A DNA stretch of 64,000 nt from an uncultured Verrucomicrobiae bacterium (GCA_963828525.1 CAWHEP010000002.1:32001-96000); one strand, 5' to 3'; shown: positions 1 to 10,916, counted from the stretch's first letter. Notes: generated from the sequence alone by a model not told the origin. A program made the numbers and translations.

Positions 1-417
1 GTGTGCAACTTTGACAAGATCGAACTGAGGCGTTTGTTCTGCCTTGCCGTCGATTGCACTGTAAAATGCCACTGCACGATTCATACCGCGACCATCCGTG
101 TCACCCGTCAGCAGACCATCAAAATCCGCTTGGCCCCTGATTCGCAACGCGAGAACCACTGATGCCAGGTTTAACTCCTCCCTTACCTGTCCCGTTAGCT
201 TGCCTTTTCTGAGTGCAGCTTCAATGCTGCTGCGGAGCACTACCGGAGTGATGATTGGAATCAATCTCACCGACTCCCCTTCACCTGCTACCACAAGATC
301 GCTGCTCCTTTCGTGAGCCAAGAGATACTCGACTCCATCATCAAAGACATCGGACAACAACTCCCATAGGCGAACATATTCTCCAGGATTCGATTCGATA
401 CCAGCTTGAAGATTCAT
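1..417 (-). pseudogene. ComEC/Rec2-like MBL-fold hydrolase, C-terminal half; 5' end lost at the IS66 end, runs off the window
   Basis: Manual minus-strand translation is open from 417 to 1: ...ELNLASVVLALRIRGQADFDGLLTGD...FDLVKVAH, matching the NxxSvVl / LLTGD / KVxHHGS motifs; no HxHxDH upstream. Confidence 0.6.
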
Positions 418-423
418 TAATGC

Positions 424-830
424 GTAAGCGTAAGCCGGAGCGCCTCTAGCCAGCGGTATTGGAGATGTCAGAGGATAGGCCTCTATGACATCTCCGATAG
501 ATACAACAGAAGAGCCAACGATTTTAAAATGCGACGGCCTTGGCCGTGTAAGAATGCCAGTGGATCGCCGCGAGGCGCTGCTGGATGAATTCGAGAAGAG
601 TGGACTGAGCGGCGCGGCGTTCTGCCGGATGACGGGGGTGCAATACGGCACATTCGCCAACTGGGTGCAGGCCAGGCGCAAGAAGCGGTTGGCGATGGGA
701 GGAGCTGCTCCTGGCGCGGTGTTGTTCGGCCCGGACGAGAGCGATGGAAGTGTGCGGCTGTTGGAGGCGGTGGTCGAGGGCGGGAGCCGCTTGGGGGCGG
801 ATGGAGGCAGGGCGGGGCTTGCAATCGAAC
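424..830 (+). mobile_element. IS66-family left-end remnant (GTAAGCG terminus plus tnpA-like ORF)
   Basis: GTAAGCG at 424-430 is the typical IS66 terminus; followed by a tnpA-like ORF; tnpB and tnpC absent. Confidence 0.6.
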
Positions 831-874
831 GGCAATCCGTCTGGATGTGTGCGAAAAGACGGTCCGCCGCATGA
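485..874 (+). CDS. IS66 accessory protein TnpA-like, C-terminally truncated/chimeric
   Basis: RREALLDEFEKSGLSGAAFCRMTGVQYGTFANWV HTH; similarity ends near GLAIE. Confidence 0.65.
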   Translation: MTSPIDTTEEPTILKCDGLGRVRMPVDRREALLDEFEKSGLSGAAFCRMTGVQYGTFANWVQARRKKRLAMGGAAPGAVLFGPDESDGSVRLLEAVVEGGSRLGADGGRAGLAIERQSVWMCAKRRSAA

Positions 875-996
875 TCGATGACGGCGAGTTGGGGCCGGTG
901 GTCAAGATTCGGGGCAGCACAAAGCTTTTTTCGAAAAACGTCAGGGCCTACGTGGAAAGGCTCGAATTGGAAGCTGAAAGGAAAACCTCAAGATGA
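829..996 (+). pseudogene. Excisionase-like HTH protein remnant lacking its start
   Basis: Frame-1 translation TAIRLDVCEKTVRRMIDDGELGPVVKIRGSTKLF...KTSR*; its stop overlaps the integrase ATG (ATGA). Confidence 0.6.
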
Positions 997-2201
997 TCTG
1001 CAATGTGTTCAAACCTAAACGGAAGACTGATGGCAAGAAGAGCCAGCAGCGAATGTATCGTGGCCGCTACAGGCTGGACGGTGACAGGAAACTCACGGAC
1101 GTACCCCTGCATACGTTCGACAAGCAGGTGGCGGTGGAGCGGCTAAAGAAGATCGTGCGGGAGAAGCAGCAGCAGCGGGAGGGGCTGATTGCCTCCAAGC
1201 CGCAGCGGGAGGCGGCACAGAAACCCTTGGCGGAGCACCTGGAGGATTTCATCCGGTCGCGGCAGTCCATAGGCCGGGATGAAAAGTACGTGAAGGAGCT
1301 ACGGAAAAAGGTGCTCAAGCTGGTAGAGGATTGCGGATGGGAGTTGCCCTGCCATGTGACAGCCGAATCCTTCGAAGCATGGCGAAATGGGCAGGAGAAG
1401 TCCGCCAAGATCCTGAACGAATACCTGGGGGCAATTTCAGGGCTTATGCGCTGGCTGGAAAGACGGGTCGGAGCGAATCCCCTGCGGTTCGTAGAAAAGG
1501 CCCGTGTGGGCGGCACACAGCAGCGGGACCGGCGCGCCTTCACTTTGGAGCAGCTTTGCGCTCCCTGGTCGCGGTTTCAGGGGGAGCGGGGCGTCGTGTA
1601 TCTGACAGCAGCCTTTACGGGCCTCCGTCGTGGAGAGCTTGGGCAACTGAAATGGTCAGACGTGCATTTGGATGCGGCCAAGCCGTTCATCAATGCGCGG
1701 GCGGCGATTTCGAAGAATCACAAGCAATGCTCACTTCCACTCACGCCCGCCGTCGTGGAAAAGCTGCGCCAGCATCGGCCAGAAGATGCGGAGCCGGGAG
1801 ACGTCGTGTTTCGCCGGCTGATTCCCCGGATGGATCGGTTTCGGAAAGACTTGGAAGCGGCAGGGATTCCCTACGTGGACGAAAAGGGAGAATTCGCGGA
1901 TTTCCATGCTCTACGGAATACCTTCGCAACCATGCTCACGCTGGCCGGGGTATCGCAACGCGTCATCATGGAACTGATGCGGCACAGCGATATGCGGCTC
2001 ACTGCGAAAGTCTATACGGACGCCGGCATGCTCCCCACTGGCGATGCGGTGATGAAGCTTCCGGCGCTGGTGATGGGTGACGAATCAGACTCACAAATAG
2101 ACTCACAAAAATTAGTCACGGATGGTCTTTCGGTGTCCCGTCCATGTCCAAGTGCTCGAAACGGCGAATGTCGCGGAAACCCTGATAAACAGAGGGTTTG
2201 A
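993..2201 (+). CDS. Tyrosine recombinase/integrase
   Basis: TGLRRGEL, SKNHK, DFHALRNTF, MRHSD..LTAKVY catalytic motifs; abuts a tRNA 3' end. Confidence 0.93.
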   Translation: MICNVFKPKRKTDGKKSQQRMYRGRYRLDGDRKLTDVPLHTFDKQVAVERLKKIVREKQQQREGLIASKPQREAAQKPLAEHLEDFIRSRQSIGRDEKYVKELRKKVLKLVEDCGWELPCHVTAESFEAWRNGQEKSAKILNEYLGAISGLMRWLERRVGANPLRFVEKARVGGTQQRDRRAFTLEQLCAPWSRFQGERGVVYLTAAFTGLRRGELGQLKWSDVHLDAAKPFINARAAISKNHKQCSLPLTPAVVEKLRQHRPEDAEPGDVVFRRLIPRMDRFRKDLEAAGIPYVDEKGEFADFHALRNTFATMLTLAGVSQRVIMELMRHSDMRLTAKVYTDAGMLPTGDAVMKLPALVMGDESDSQIDSQKLVTDGLSVSRPCPSARNGECRGNPDKQRV

Positions 2202-2245
2202 GGCCGATTTGTCCCGCGCTGTCCCGGCCTGTCCAAAAGGTGAAA

Positions 2246-2320
2246 TGGTGCGCGATGCAGGGTTCGAACCTGCGACTTCTTGCGTGTGAAGCAAGCGCTC
2301 TACCACTGAGCTAATCGCGC
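2246..2320 (-). tRNA. tRNA-Val(CAC)
   Basis: Reverse complement GCGCGATTAGCTCAGTGGTAGAGCGCTTGCTTCACACGCAAGAAGTCGCAGGTTCGAACCCTGCATCGCGCACCA: cloverleaf, anticodon CAC, encoded CCA. Confidence 0.97.
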
Positions 2321-2472
2321 GATTGTGGCCCGGAGCGTATGCGCCAAAAGGTAGCGGCTCGGTTCATACCGGGCAACTCATTTCAACCCGCAGCATTGCG
2401 CTCCGCAGCGCAAGAGAAGGGAACACAAATCACTCCCGCAGCCCACTCAGGACAGCCGACTCCAACCCGCTG

Positions 2473-2691
2473 TCAGCGGACGAAAAGGACGTAGATAACG
2501 CAGCCCAAGGCGGCGACGAAACCGAAGATCTGAACAGGACCAATGGCTCTCAGACTGGCGATCCGGGAGCCTCCGCCCATCGGCGAGGGGCAGTGACGAC
2601 AGCGAGCATTCTCCGTCGAGACGGCGTAGCCACAGGTCGGGCAGGATTCTAAAGACATCCTCACCCTTCGCAGAATCCTACAAAGTAGCAA
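2473..2691 (-). CDS. Small zinc-ribbon membrane protein
   Basis: CPTCG..CRHC plus a C-terminal TM helix; true start probably the internal Met (MSLES). Confidence 0.55.
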   Translation of the reverse strand: MLLCRILRRVRMSLESCPTCGYAVSTENARCRHCPSPMGGGSRIASLRAIGPVQIFGFVAALGCVIYVLFVR

Positions 2692-2750
2692 GTGGTTTAC
2701 GAAGCCTAGCCACCGTTAACCGAGAGTTGATTGGCGGTTTTACTTCCGTT

Positions 2751-5700
2751 TCATCGCACGACGTTGCTGACTCTGACTTCGTCGATATCTCCGTCGAAGT
2801 TCCCGAGAGTCAAAGTCCACGGCGTCGTGCGTCCAAAATTCATATTGAGCACGGAAGCTGTCACGGCTTGCGCGCCATCAAGCCAGCAAGTGACCTGGCC
2901 GGTCGCGTCCAGCGTGATTTTCAGTTTGTGCCAGGTGTTCAGAGTCACGAGAGCGTTCCACTGCGCGCTGGTCAGCAGCGTGTTCGAACCCGCCGCAAAC
3001 GTGGGTGCAGCCGGGCTGTTCCACTTCCCGTCGGCGATTTGAAGCAGAGCATCCCAGTTTTGATACAGCGCGATGACCGGATAGTTTCCAACGCTGTAAG
3101 CCTTGTACGCGCGGGGATAAAAGTGGGCTTCGAATGTGAGCGGCGAGGAGTTCTTCCCTGGCAGCAGGATGGAGTCCGGCATCTGGACGCTGAGCGTATC
3201 GCCGATGGCGTGGAAACGAGCGACCTGGCCTGACGGGTTGCTGTTCCAGCCGGTGTTATCTCCCGAAAGGATGGTATTGCCCGCAGCCGTGAGATTATAG
3301 CCATTGCCGCTGCAATCGGAATAGTCCGTGTCGAAGTGGTAAAGAGCGAGTGTGTTCGCGTCGGCCACGAAGGGGGCATCGCTGCTGGGCACGTAAGTCG
3401 AGATGCTCGAGGCGGCAAAAGCGCGGCGTCCGTCGATCCAATGAAGTTCCGCCTCGATCCATTGATTTCCCGCAGCCGTTGGGGTGAAGACGCAAGTGGT
3501 GCCGCCCCGAATGGGTTCCTGCCCCTGCACCTCCCACACCACCTCCGCGCCAGTGGTGTCGAGAGCGGTTTGCAGGTTGACCGTCGTGGGAACGTTGATC
3601 GGAACATAAGCCCCGGCCGTCAAAATCTGGGCAGCGGCAGAATTCCAACTCTGCGCCTGGCCTTGGTTCTGGCCCGCCAAAAAGGCAAGCGTGCCTAGCG
3701 CGCGCGACTGATTCACGATCTGTGGCTTCAGTAGTGGTATTGTAGCTGTCTCCCCAGCGGTCATAAAACGGTTGAGGGCTGGTCGTCGCGCCGTCCCAGG
3801 GGAAGGTGAGCTTCCCGAGCGAACTGCCATAGGGCCCGAGATAGGGAAAGCCACTTTGCACATTCCCGAGCGGCAGCCCGGAGGGAGGCAGAGCGCGCGT
3901 GTCGTTCTGGGCGTACTGACTTACGATTTCCCGCTGCCGCTTGTAGCCGATACCTGTCAGGTAGGAAACATTCATCGGATTGCATCCCCCTTCGTAGTTC
4001 ATGTTTGTCAGGATGGCGGTAACATAGTCCGGTTTTGGGTTCAGTTGATAGGCCACAGCCATGTCGAACGCCCTGTCCAATCCGAAATACCAGCCCGCGC
4101 TCTGATCCCGCTTCGACGGCAAATCGAAAGCGGTTCCATAGGCGCTCTCGCTGGACCGATTGAGCTGATCGTCGCCGGACTCCTGGATCTGCGTCACGCA
4201 TTTGGCGAGATAGCCAGAATCGAGCTGGCTCGCGCTGAGACGTCCGGATGACGCCGCGAACGCGTAAGTCCGGACCGCGCAGCCGTATCCTTCAAATAAT
4301 CGCCACCAGGACCAGCGCACAGTTGTCGGATCAGAAGGGTCGTACCACTGAAAAAGCTGTGTCTGGTAGGTCGGGTTTCCGGTGGCGACATACATGGCGG
4401 CGGCAGCCCAGGCCAACTCGTCATTATGGATGAAGGTATCGCCGTAGTGCGTCAGTTTTTGATACGCGCCGGCATTCCCATGCGCCGCGATCGCGCTCAT
4501 CAGGAAGCTCCAGCCTAGCTGAGCCTTCTGCATATACGCGGCGGACGCGTCGGGGAACTGCGTTTTGAAAAGCGGCGAGGAGGCTGTCTCCGCGAGCGCT
4601 GCCACGGCGGCCGCGGTGGCGGACGTGTTTTTAGGCCAGACAACCTGCGGATCACCATGGTCCGGCAGAACGTTTGATTCGTAGGCCCTGTCCCGCGGAT
4701 AAACCAGGAAGAAGAATCCTCCGTCCGTGTCCTGCATTTTCGCCACGAAATCCGCCTCCCATTTGGCCTCTTGCAAGAGGTCGCTCTTGCCATCGCCGCT
4801 TTCCGGTATGCCCAGGTTGTCGAGCGCGCCAGCATTTGGAAAATTGTCGGCGGCAAAGACGAGGGCGTGGATCATTTGCGCGCTGTCTATGATGTATTTG
4901 CTATAGTCCCCCGCGTCGTGGTGACCGCCGCTCACATCAATGCTGCCGGATAGCACATAGGGATAAAGCTGCGCGCTGCCGCTCGTCAGGGCGGGAGCGG
5001 TTTGCAGAGGGTTCGGACTGCTGTTCGCATTGCTTGCGATCAAGTTCCATGTATTGGCAAAGGCGCTCTGCGGCATGGGGATGCTCGCCTGCGCTGTGTG
5101 GCACGCCCCATGAGTAAAGCGCGTATAGGGCAAGCTGTTTGTCGTTCCGCACCGCTGGTGGTACAGCCCGAGAGCATAGGCGCGCGTGAAGTCCATGGCG
5201 ATCTGGGGATCGATCGTAAATGGCAATGAACTCCCCAATCCAGGAACCTGCAGCCGGTAGGTTCCCGGAGTGGTAAATCCGCTGAAGTCGGCTTCCATCA
5301 CGCCCGTGTAAGGCGTGGCCTGGTAAACCCAACCTGTATCCTGCCGAACTGCAAGCGTCCCGGAATACACCGGGGAGCCGGTGGTGGCGTCAACCACGCT
5401 GAAGACGCTGGACGGCACCGCCATCTCGCCAAGGCTGCCGAGGTAATATCCGACCATCGCCTTTTTCGAAGATTGCGCGATATAGCCCTCCTGGTTCGTG
5501 TGAATTGCCGGGCTATATTGCAGGACATTCGCTGTGGCGCTTAGCGATACCGAGGACGGCCATAGCGTCGCGTCCGGGTTTGCGACAGACACCACCTGCC
5601 CGCTAGTGATCGGCGTTGCGAGCTGGAGGTATAGCCTGTTGTCGATGCGAAGGTCGTATCTTGAAAGGGGCGCGTAGAGCGGGCGGCGTTTGAAGCCGAC

Positions 5701-6027
5701 TCCCGTCACACCCGTCTGGCTGCTGCTCACCGACACCGCGAATTTCGACACGTCCGGCAAAGACGGCGTCCCATCCGCCGCTATGAAATCCCAGTTATTG
5801 ACCCGCGCCGGGTCCGCCTGCTTCGTGTTGATGTTTGTAATCTCCAGCAAGGAGGGTGTCAGAATTTGTAACGCCATGTCCCCAACCTGGGGGAGTTGCA
5901 ACGTCGCGTAGTTGACTGCCTGCGGCGAGCTGACACTCTGGGGGGGCGGGCTGGATGAAAATGCCACCCGCATTACAAGCGCGCCGGCGAGCCCGGCAGC
6001 AGCAAAATACTTATATCGTGTCTTCAT
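2751..6027 (-). CDS. Secreted GH9 glycoside hydrolase with N-terminal Ig-like domain and C-terminal LamG-like domain; one frameshift near 3720
   Basis: Signal peptide, NQEGY, DVSGGHHDAGDYSKY, DELAWAAA, TTEAT; removing one base joins it to IVNQSRALG...LALYHFD...FDGDIDEVRVSN. Confidence 0.85.
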
Positions 6028-6158
6028 GGGGAACCTGCGAGACTCCGGTCATAACCCTAGCAGAAAACATTCGCGCTGCATAGAAGTTTTTATCACCGCC
6101 GCATTTACCGCCAGATCCCCCTCTGAGTTCGAATTAACCCGGATCGCAATCCAAAACT

Positions 6159-6884
6159 ATGAAAAAGATCGTCCTCGTTACTGGAGCAAACAAAGGAATT
6201 GGACTGGAAATCTGCCGTCAACTCGCCGCAAAGGACTTCCACGTCCTTCTTGGCTCGCGGGACTCAGCGCGCGGCCGCGAGGCTGCGGAAGTCCTCGCAA
6301 AGGCTGGCGTGGAGGTGGAGCCATTTTGCGTGGATGTTTCCTCCGCTGATTCGCGCGACGCCGCGGCCAAGAGCATCTCAGAACAGTTTGGGCATTTGGA
6401 TGTCCTCATTAACAACGCGGGCTTGGGCGAAAAGGAAGACTGGGAGGGAACGGCAGAGACCGTGCCCATCGACACCCTTCGACGCACGTTTGAAACAAAC
6501 TTTTTCGGGCTTGTCGATCTCACCCAGCGCTTGCTGCCGCTCCTGAAGCGGAGCGCCTGCCCGCGTATCGTAAACCAATCCAGCATTTTAGGCTCCCTCA
6601 CGTCCCATAGCGATCCGAAGAGTCCCATCGCGGACATTCACGCGCTCGGATACGACGCCAGCAAATCAGCGCTGAACGCCTTCACCGTGCATCTGGCGAA
6701 GCTGCTCCGCGGCACGGCCTTCAAAATCAATTCGGCTCACCCCGGCAGCGTCAAGACGGACATGAATCCGTATGGCGCGCTCTCGGTTGAAGAAGGCGCC
6801 CGAACTGCCGTCGAACTCGCGATGCTGCCCGATGATGGCCCTTCGGGCGGGTTCTTCCATCTGGGCAAGACGTTGCCTTGGTAG
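6159..6884 (+). CDS. SDR family oxidoreductase (carbonyl reductase-like)
   Basis: TGANKGIG, NNAG, YDASK, HPGSVKTDM. Confidence 0.93.
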   Translation: MKKIVLVTGANKGIGLEICRQLAAKDFHVLLGSRDSARGREAAEVLAKAGVEVEPFCVDVSSADSRDAAAKSISEQFGHLDVLINNAGLGEKEDWEGTAETVPIDTLRRTFETNFFGLVDLTQRLLPLLKRSACPRIVNQSSILGSLTSHSDPKSPIADIHALGYDASKSALNAFTVHLAKLLRGTAFKINSAHPGSVKTDMNPYGALSVEEGARTAVELAMLPDDGPSGGFFHLGKTLPW

Positions 6885-6886
6885 AC

Positions 6887-8134
6887 TTAGCCAGCGGTTT
6901 CGGAGAGAATCGGCACCTCGGCTGCCGGAAGAACTCCGAACGAGCGATCAATCTTCCCGATCAGCGCTTTGCCCAATTTCTGGCCGGGTTGCTCGATCAG
7001 GTAGTAGCAGGCCGACGCCGTGGCGAGGGTCAGGCTGAGCGAGGAAACAGACAGAACGAGGAACTGGACGTAGCCGCCATGAACCGGCGTCTTTCCAAAC
7101 AGATGCAGCACGAGTTTGTCGCTAATATCCAAGGCGTAGAACTGGGCGAGATAGCCGCTAAAACTCACCATGCCGAGAAAGCGCGTGAATGGGTTCACGA
7201 TGAGGGCTGTCGGCCGAAGCGACAGGCCCCACGCGAGCAGAAGAAACACCATTCCGTAACCGACATGCTGTTTCAGGATCGGGTTGTGCCACGATGCGCA
7301 AACCGCCGCGAGCAGCGCGGCGCACGCCAGTATCAACCACCCTGTGGCGGAACGATCACCCGCTTCTTCCAGTGTCGAGACGGTCGCGCGACTCTTCTTG
7401 AGCAGAAAGAACAGGATGATTCCGAGCGCGAAAACTGGAAGCTGCGCTGGCAGCCAGAAGTAGGTGAATTTGTTCACCATATAAAGTGTCTCCGCTGGCC
7501 AATGCCGCCCGATAATGCGATCCGCAAAGTGGCTGGAAGCCTCGCCGAAAATCAGGGCAGCAAGGAAGAACCAAATCGCCTTCTGGATGGTTCTCACATA
7601 CATGAACAGCAGCGGCACGATAAGGTAAAAGCACATCTCCACCCCTACCGACCACCCCCCGGGAACTACGGCGTTGATCTGAGACGGTGTCCACCCATGC
7701 GCGAAGGCGAAGGTCATCGCGATATCTTTGATGGAAATCCCGTTCGGTGACCAAACTCTCGGCCCCATCCCATCCCACCAAACATAAAAAATGATCGCGA
7801 GCCAGAACATCGGAGCGATCCGAAAAAACCGGCGGACGAAAAACGCGACGTATGGATGCTTGTCCTTGGTCCAGCGTGACGTGAGCGAGAGAAACAGAGT
7901 CGCCGCGGAGATGACGTAGAAGAGCTGGACGCCGTATTCCCCAAGACCCGTGACGCGCTGGAACGCCGGGGTGCAATACCCGTGCTGCCCCGCGTGGAAA
8001 AGCACAACCACGAGGAAGGCGAGCCCGCGCAGGGAATCAATGAAGTCCAGCCTGTTTGGGCCAGTCGACTGTCCGTGAGCGACTGGGACGGCAGGCGCCA
8101 TCGTGTTCGAGGTTGTTTCGTTGCCGAGCGTCAT
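6887..8134 (-). CDS. Acyltransferase family 3 (OafA-like O-acyltransferase)
   Basis: RLDFIDSLRGLA..VVLFH, GVQLFYVIS, FFVRRFFRIAP, WSVGVEMCFY, YYLIEQP. Confidence 0.9.
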   Translation of the reverse strand: MTLGNETTSNTMAPAVPVAHGQSTGPNRLDFIDSLRGLAFLVVVLFHAGQHGYCTPAFQRVTGLGEYGVQLFYVISAATLFLSLTSRWTKDKHPYVAFFVRRFFRIAPMFWLAIIFYVWWDGMGPRVWSPNGISIKDIAMTFAFAHGWTPSQINAVVPGGWSVGVEMCFYLIVPLLFMYVRTIQKAIWFFLAALIFGEASSHFADRIIGRHWPAETLYMVNKFTYFWLPAQLPVFALGIILFFLLKKSRATVSTLEEAGDRSATGWLILACAALLAAVCASWHNPILKQHVGYGMVFLLLAWGLSLRPTALIVNPFTRFLGMVSFSGYLAQFYALDISDKLVLHLFGKTPVHGGYVQFLVLSVSSLSLTLATASACYYLIEQPGQKLGKALIGKIDRSFGVLPAAEVPILSETAG

Positions 8135-8147
8135 GAGTGGTATTGGG

Positions 8148-9425
8148 TCAGGAAAACGCGTCCCCGGGGCGCGGCAGGGTTTGCGGCACTGCGACTGCGC
8201 GCGCGTTCCGTGAAAAAAAGGATTCCGTTTTTGCAATAAGAAGCTTGCCGCATGCCTGTCCCGGCCGCTCGATCAAATGGTAGAGTAGCGAGGCGATTGC
8301 CACCGTGCTCAGCAGCGTTGTGGCGCAAAGCGCGATCAATTGAACATTGCCGCCATGCGAAGATGCTTTGCCGAAGAAGTGGGTCACGAGCCGGCAGCAC
8401 ACATCAAGCGCGAAGAACTGCGCGAGATACCCGCTATAGCTGATCATCCCGACATAGCGGGTCACCCTGTTTACCAGCAAGGGCGCGCTCTGGATGGAGA
8501 GTCCCCACGCAAGGAGGACAAAGGACACGCCATAAGCCACGTGTTGTTTCAAGACTGGGTTATGCAGCGTGGCGCTTACGCAAGCAAGGAGCGCGGCGCA
8601 TACAATCAGCAACCATCCGGACCCCGGAGCCGGGCCCGCTTCCCGGTGTCCGTCGTCCATTTGCTTTTCGCGGCGGAGTAGAAAAAACAGGATGATGCCG
8701 AGCGCAAAAACAGGAAGCTGCGCCGGCAGCCACAGATAGAAAAACCTGTTCAGCATAAACAGGATGCTCACTGGCCAGTGGCCGACTATCAGGCGATGCG
8801 CCACGTGGCTGAGTCCGGTACCCATCAGCACGCTACCGAGGAAAAACCAAACGGCACCCCGCGTACTCTTTATGAACGTAAACAGAAGCGGCACCACAAG
8901 ATAGAAAGACATCTCAACGCCCACGGTCCAATCCCCCGCGAAGACAGCGTTCGCCTCCTTGGGCATCCATCCGTGCGCGAACACTGCTGTAATGGCTATG
9001 TCTTTAAAAGAGACCCCATCAGGCGCCCATTGCCGCGGCGCCGTGCCCAACCACCACACGTAAAAGGCGATTGCCACCCAAAACATCGGGGCGATCCTGA
9101 AAAACCTGCGGATGAAAAACGCCGCGTACGGATACATGTCTCGCTTCCAGCGCGAGGTAAGGGACAGGAAGAGCGTTGCGGCGGAGATTACAAAGAAGAG
9201 CTGAACGCCGAACTCGCCCTGGCTTGTGATCTTCAGGAGCAAAGGGCTGCCGAAACCCCTCATGCCGGCGTGAAAGATCACCACCGCGATGAAAGCCCAT
9301 CCACGCAACGCGTCGATGAAGTCGAGCCGCTGCCCTCCTCCCGCTCTCGCGTTCAATTCCACGCCCGCGAGCGTTTCGCCGGCTCCGTCGGGCAGCCCCT
9401 TCTCGACAAGCGCGGGCGCTTTCAC
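8148..9425 (-). CDS. Acyltransferase family 3 (OafA-like), tandem paralog
   Basis: RLDFIDALRGWA, GVQLFFVIS, FFIRRFFRIAP, WTVGVEMSFY. Confidence 0.9.
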   Translation of the reverse strand: MKAPALVEKGLPDGAGETLAGVELNARAGGGQRLDFIDALRGWAFIAVVIFHAGMRGFGSPLLLKITSQGEFGVQLFFVISAATLFLSLTSRWKRDMYPYAAFFIRRFFRIAPMFWVAIAFYVWWLGTAPRQWAPDGVSFKDIAITAVFAHGWMPKEANAVFAGDWTVGVEMSFYLVVPLLFTFIKSTRGAVWFFLGSVLMGTGLSHVAHRLIVGHWPVSILFMLNRFFYLWLPAQLPVFALGIILFFLLRREKQMDDGHREAGPAPGSGWLLIVCAALLACVSATLHNPVLKQHVAYGVSFVLLAWGLSIQSAPLLVNRVTRYVGMISYSGYLAQFFALDVCCRLVTHFFGKASSHGGNVQLIALCATTLLSTVAIASLLYHLIERPGQACGKLLIAKTESFFSRNARAVAVPQTLPRPGDAFS

Positions 9426-9434
9426 GCTCAGGCC

Positions 9435-10916
9435 TTAATAGGCGTTCTCGCGCTTCAGGAAGGTAAGAACCATCACCTGAAAATCGAGAAGGAGATTCCA
9501 ATTCTCCAAATAGAACAGATCACAACGCACACGTTCGGTAAGATCTGTATCTCCGCGGAATCCTTTAACCTGTGCCCATCCCGTGATGCCCGGCTTCACA
9601 TTGTGACGCGCGTTGTAGTGGGGAACCACGTCACTCAGTTTTTCTGAGTGGAAGATCCGCTCAGGCCGCGGACCGACAAGGCTCATGTCTCCCTTTAGCA
9701 CGTTCCAGAACTGCGGCGTCTCATCGAGGTTCCATTTGCGCATAAACGCGCCGATCTTGAGCACCCGGCTGTCTTCACGCAAAGTGGACTGGTTGAGATG
9801 ATCGGTCTTTTCCGACCCGAGTTTCATGCTTCGAATCTTGAACATGGCAAACCCGCGGCCATTCCGACCCATGCGCTCCTGCCTGAAGAAAATGGGCCCG
9901 GGCGATTCTCTGTGAACGAGATATCCGCAGATCGCTATGACTGGCGTTGAAAGGATCAAACCGACCAAAGCTCCCGCGATATCCACAGCCCGCTTCAACA
10001 TCACGTTGAAAAGTCTGTCCAGCGGAAGCTGGGTGACGCCGAGGATCGGGATGCCGTTCACCGTCTCAAGGTGCAGGCCAGAGACCAAAATCTGGAAGTA
10101 GGACGGTATGACCTTGAATTGAACCATTTCCTTCTCGCACATGTTCGCCAGCGAGACGATCTGCTCGCGCTCTGTGTTCAGATCCGTCAAGATCACCATG
10201 TCAATCGCGTGGCCCTGCAAGACCTGCTCGATCTCTGAATAGAAACCAAGGTGGTTGATGTCCTCAGGCAGCTCAGGCAGCGACTTCGCTTGCGGGAGCA
10301 CACAACCTACGATTTCGTAAGGGTGGCTCGGATCCTTGGAAATGGAATTCGACAGCCGCTCGGATTCGGCGCTCCATCCGACAATCAGGATGCGCTGGCG
10401 CAAATGCTGGGCGATCGCCTCACGATGGAGGAAGCGGTGAAACAGGTACCTCCAGGAAAGCAGCCCGAACATGGCGCTGCCGCCTGCAATGCCTACGAAC
10501 AGCCTCGAAATCGAAGGCTGAAAATGGAACATCAGGTCCAGCCCCATGAAGGCCATGACCCACATGCCGCAACCTTTCACGATCAGAAGAGAAACACGGC
10601 GGTAGCGCAGCAGGTTCTGCCTTTCGTAAACGCGAAGAAAGGCGAGCACAAAGAGAAGAGCGATGGTGCCGAAAATGATGTGGTGGCTGTAATCGTGAAG
10701 CGTGAAACTCCTCGCGAGGCTTTTTACCCGATTAATCCCCGTTTCGAACCGAAGCCAGAAGCTGAACAGCACTGCCGCAAACGCGACCGCGCAGTCACCC
10801 ATCAGACTCCATCCCAGAGCGCGGACAGGCATGCTCCGATCCGTGCTCAAATCCCGAGGCGCGTCTGCTACTACCTCGAACACCGACGTCGCAATTTTGC
10901 TTTGTTGAACAAACAT
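9435..10916 (-). CDS. Polyprenyl-phosphate hexose-1-phosphate transferase (WcaJ-like priming glycosyltransferase)
   Basis: N-terminal TMs, KRAVDI, FKIRSM, LDETPQFWNVLKGDMSLVGPRPE, KPGITGWAQV. Confidence 0.92.
   Translation of the reverse strand: MFVQQSKIATSVFEVVADAPRDLSTDRSMPVRALGWSLMGDCAVAFAAVLFSFWLRFETGINRVKSLARSFTLHDYSHHIIFGTIALLFVLAFLRVYERQNLLRYRRVSLLIVKGCGMWVMAFMGLDLMFHFQPSISRLFVGIAGGSAMFGLLSWRYLFHRFLHREAIAQHLRQRILIVGWSAESERLSNSISKDPSHPYEIVGCVLPQAKSLPELPEDINHLGFYSEIEQVLQGHAIDMVILTDLNTEREQIVSLANMCEKEMVQFKVIPSYFQILVSGLHLETVNGIPILGVTQLPLDRLFNVMLKRAVDIAGALVGLILSTPVIAICGYLVHRESPGPIFFRQERMGRNGRGFAMFKIRSMKLGSEKTDHLNQSTLREDSRVLKIGAFMRKWNLDETPQFWNVLKGDMSLVGPRPERIFHSEKLSDVVPHYNARHNVKPGITGWAQVKGFRGDTDLTERVRCDLFYLENWNLLLDFQVMVLTFLKRENAY

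Noticed and set aside
1550..1590. Apparent compensating frameshifts in the integrase (LRSLVAVSG in an alternate frame)
   Set aside because: The net frame is preserved; most likely sequencing noise and cannot be resolved here
2112..2306. 64-aa ORF on the minus strand
   Set aside because: Overlaps the tRNA gene; translation artefact
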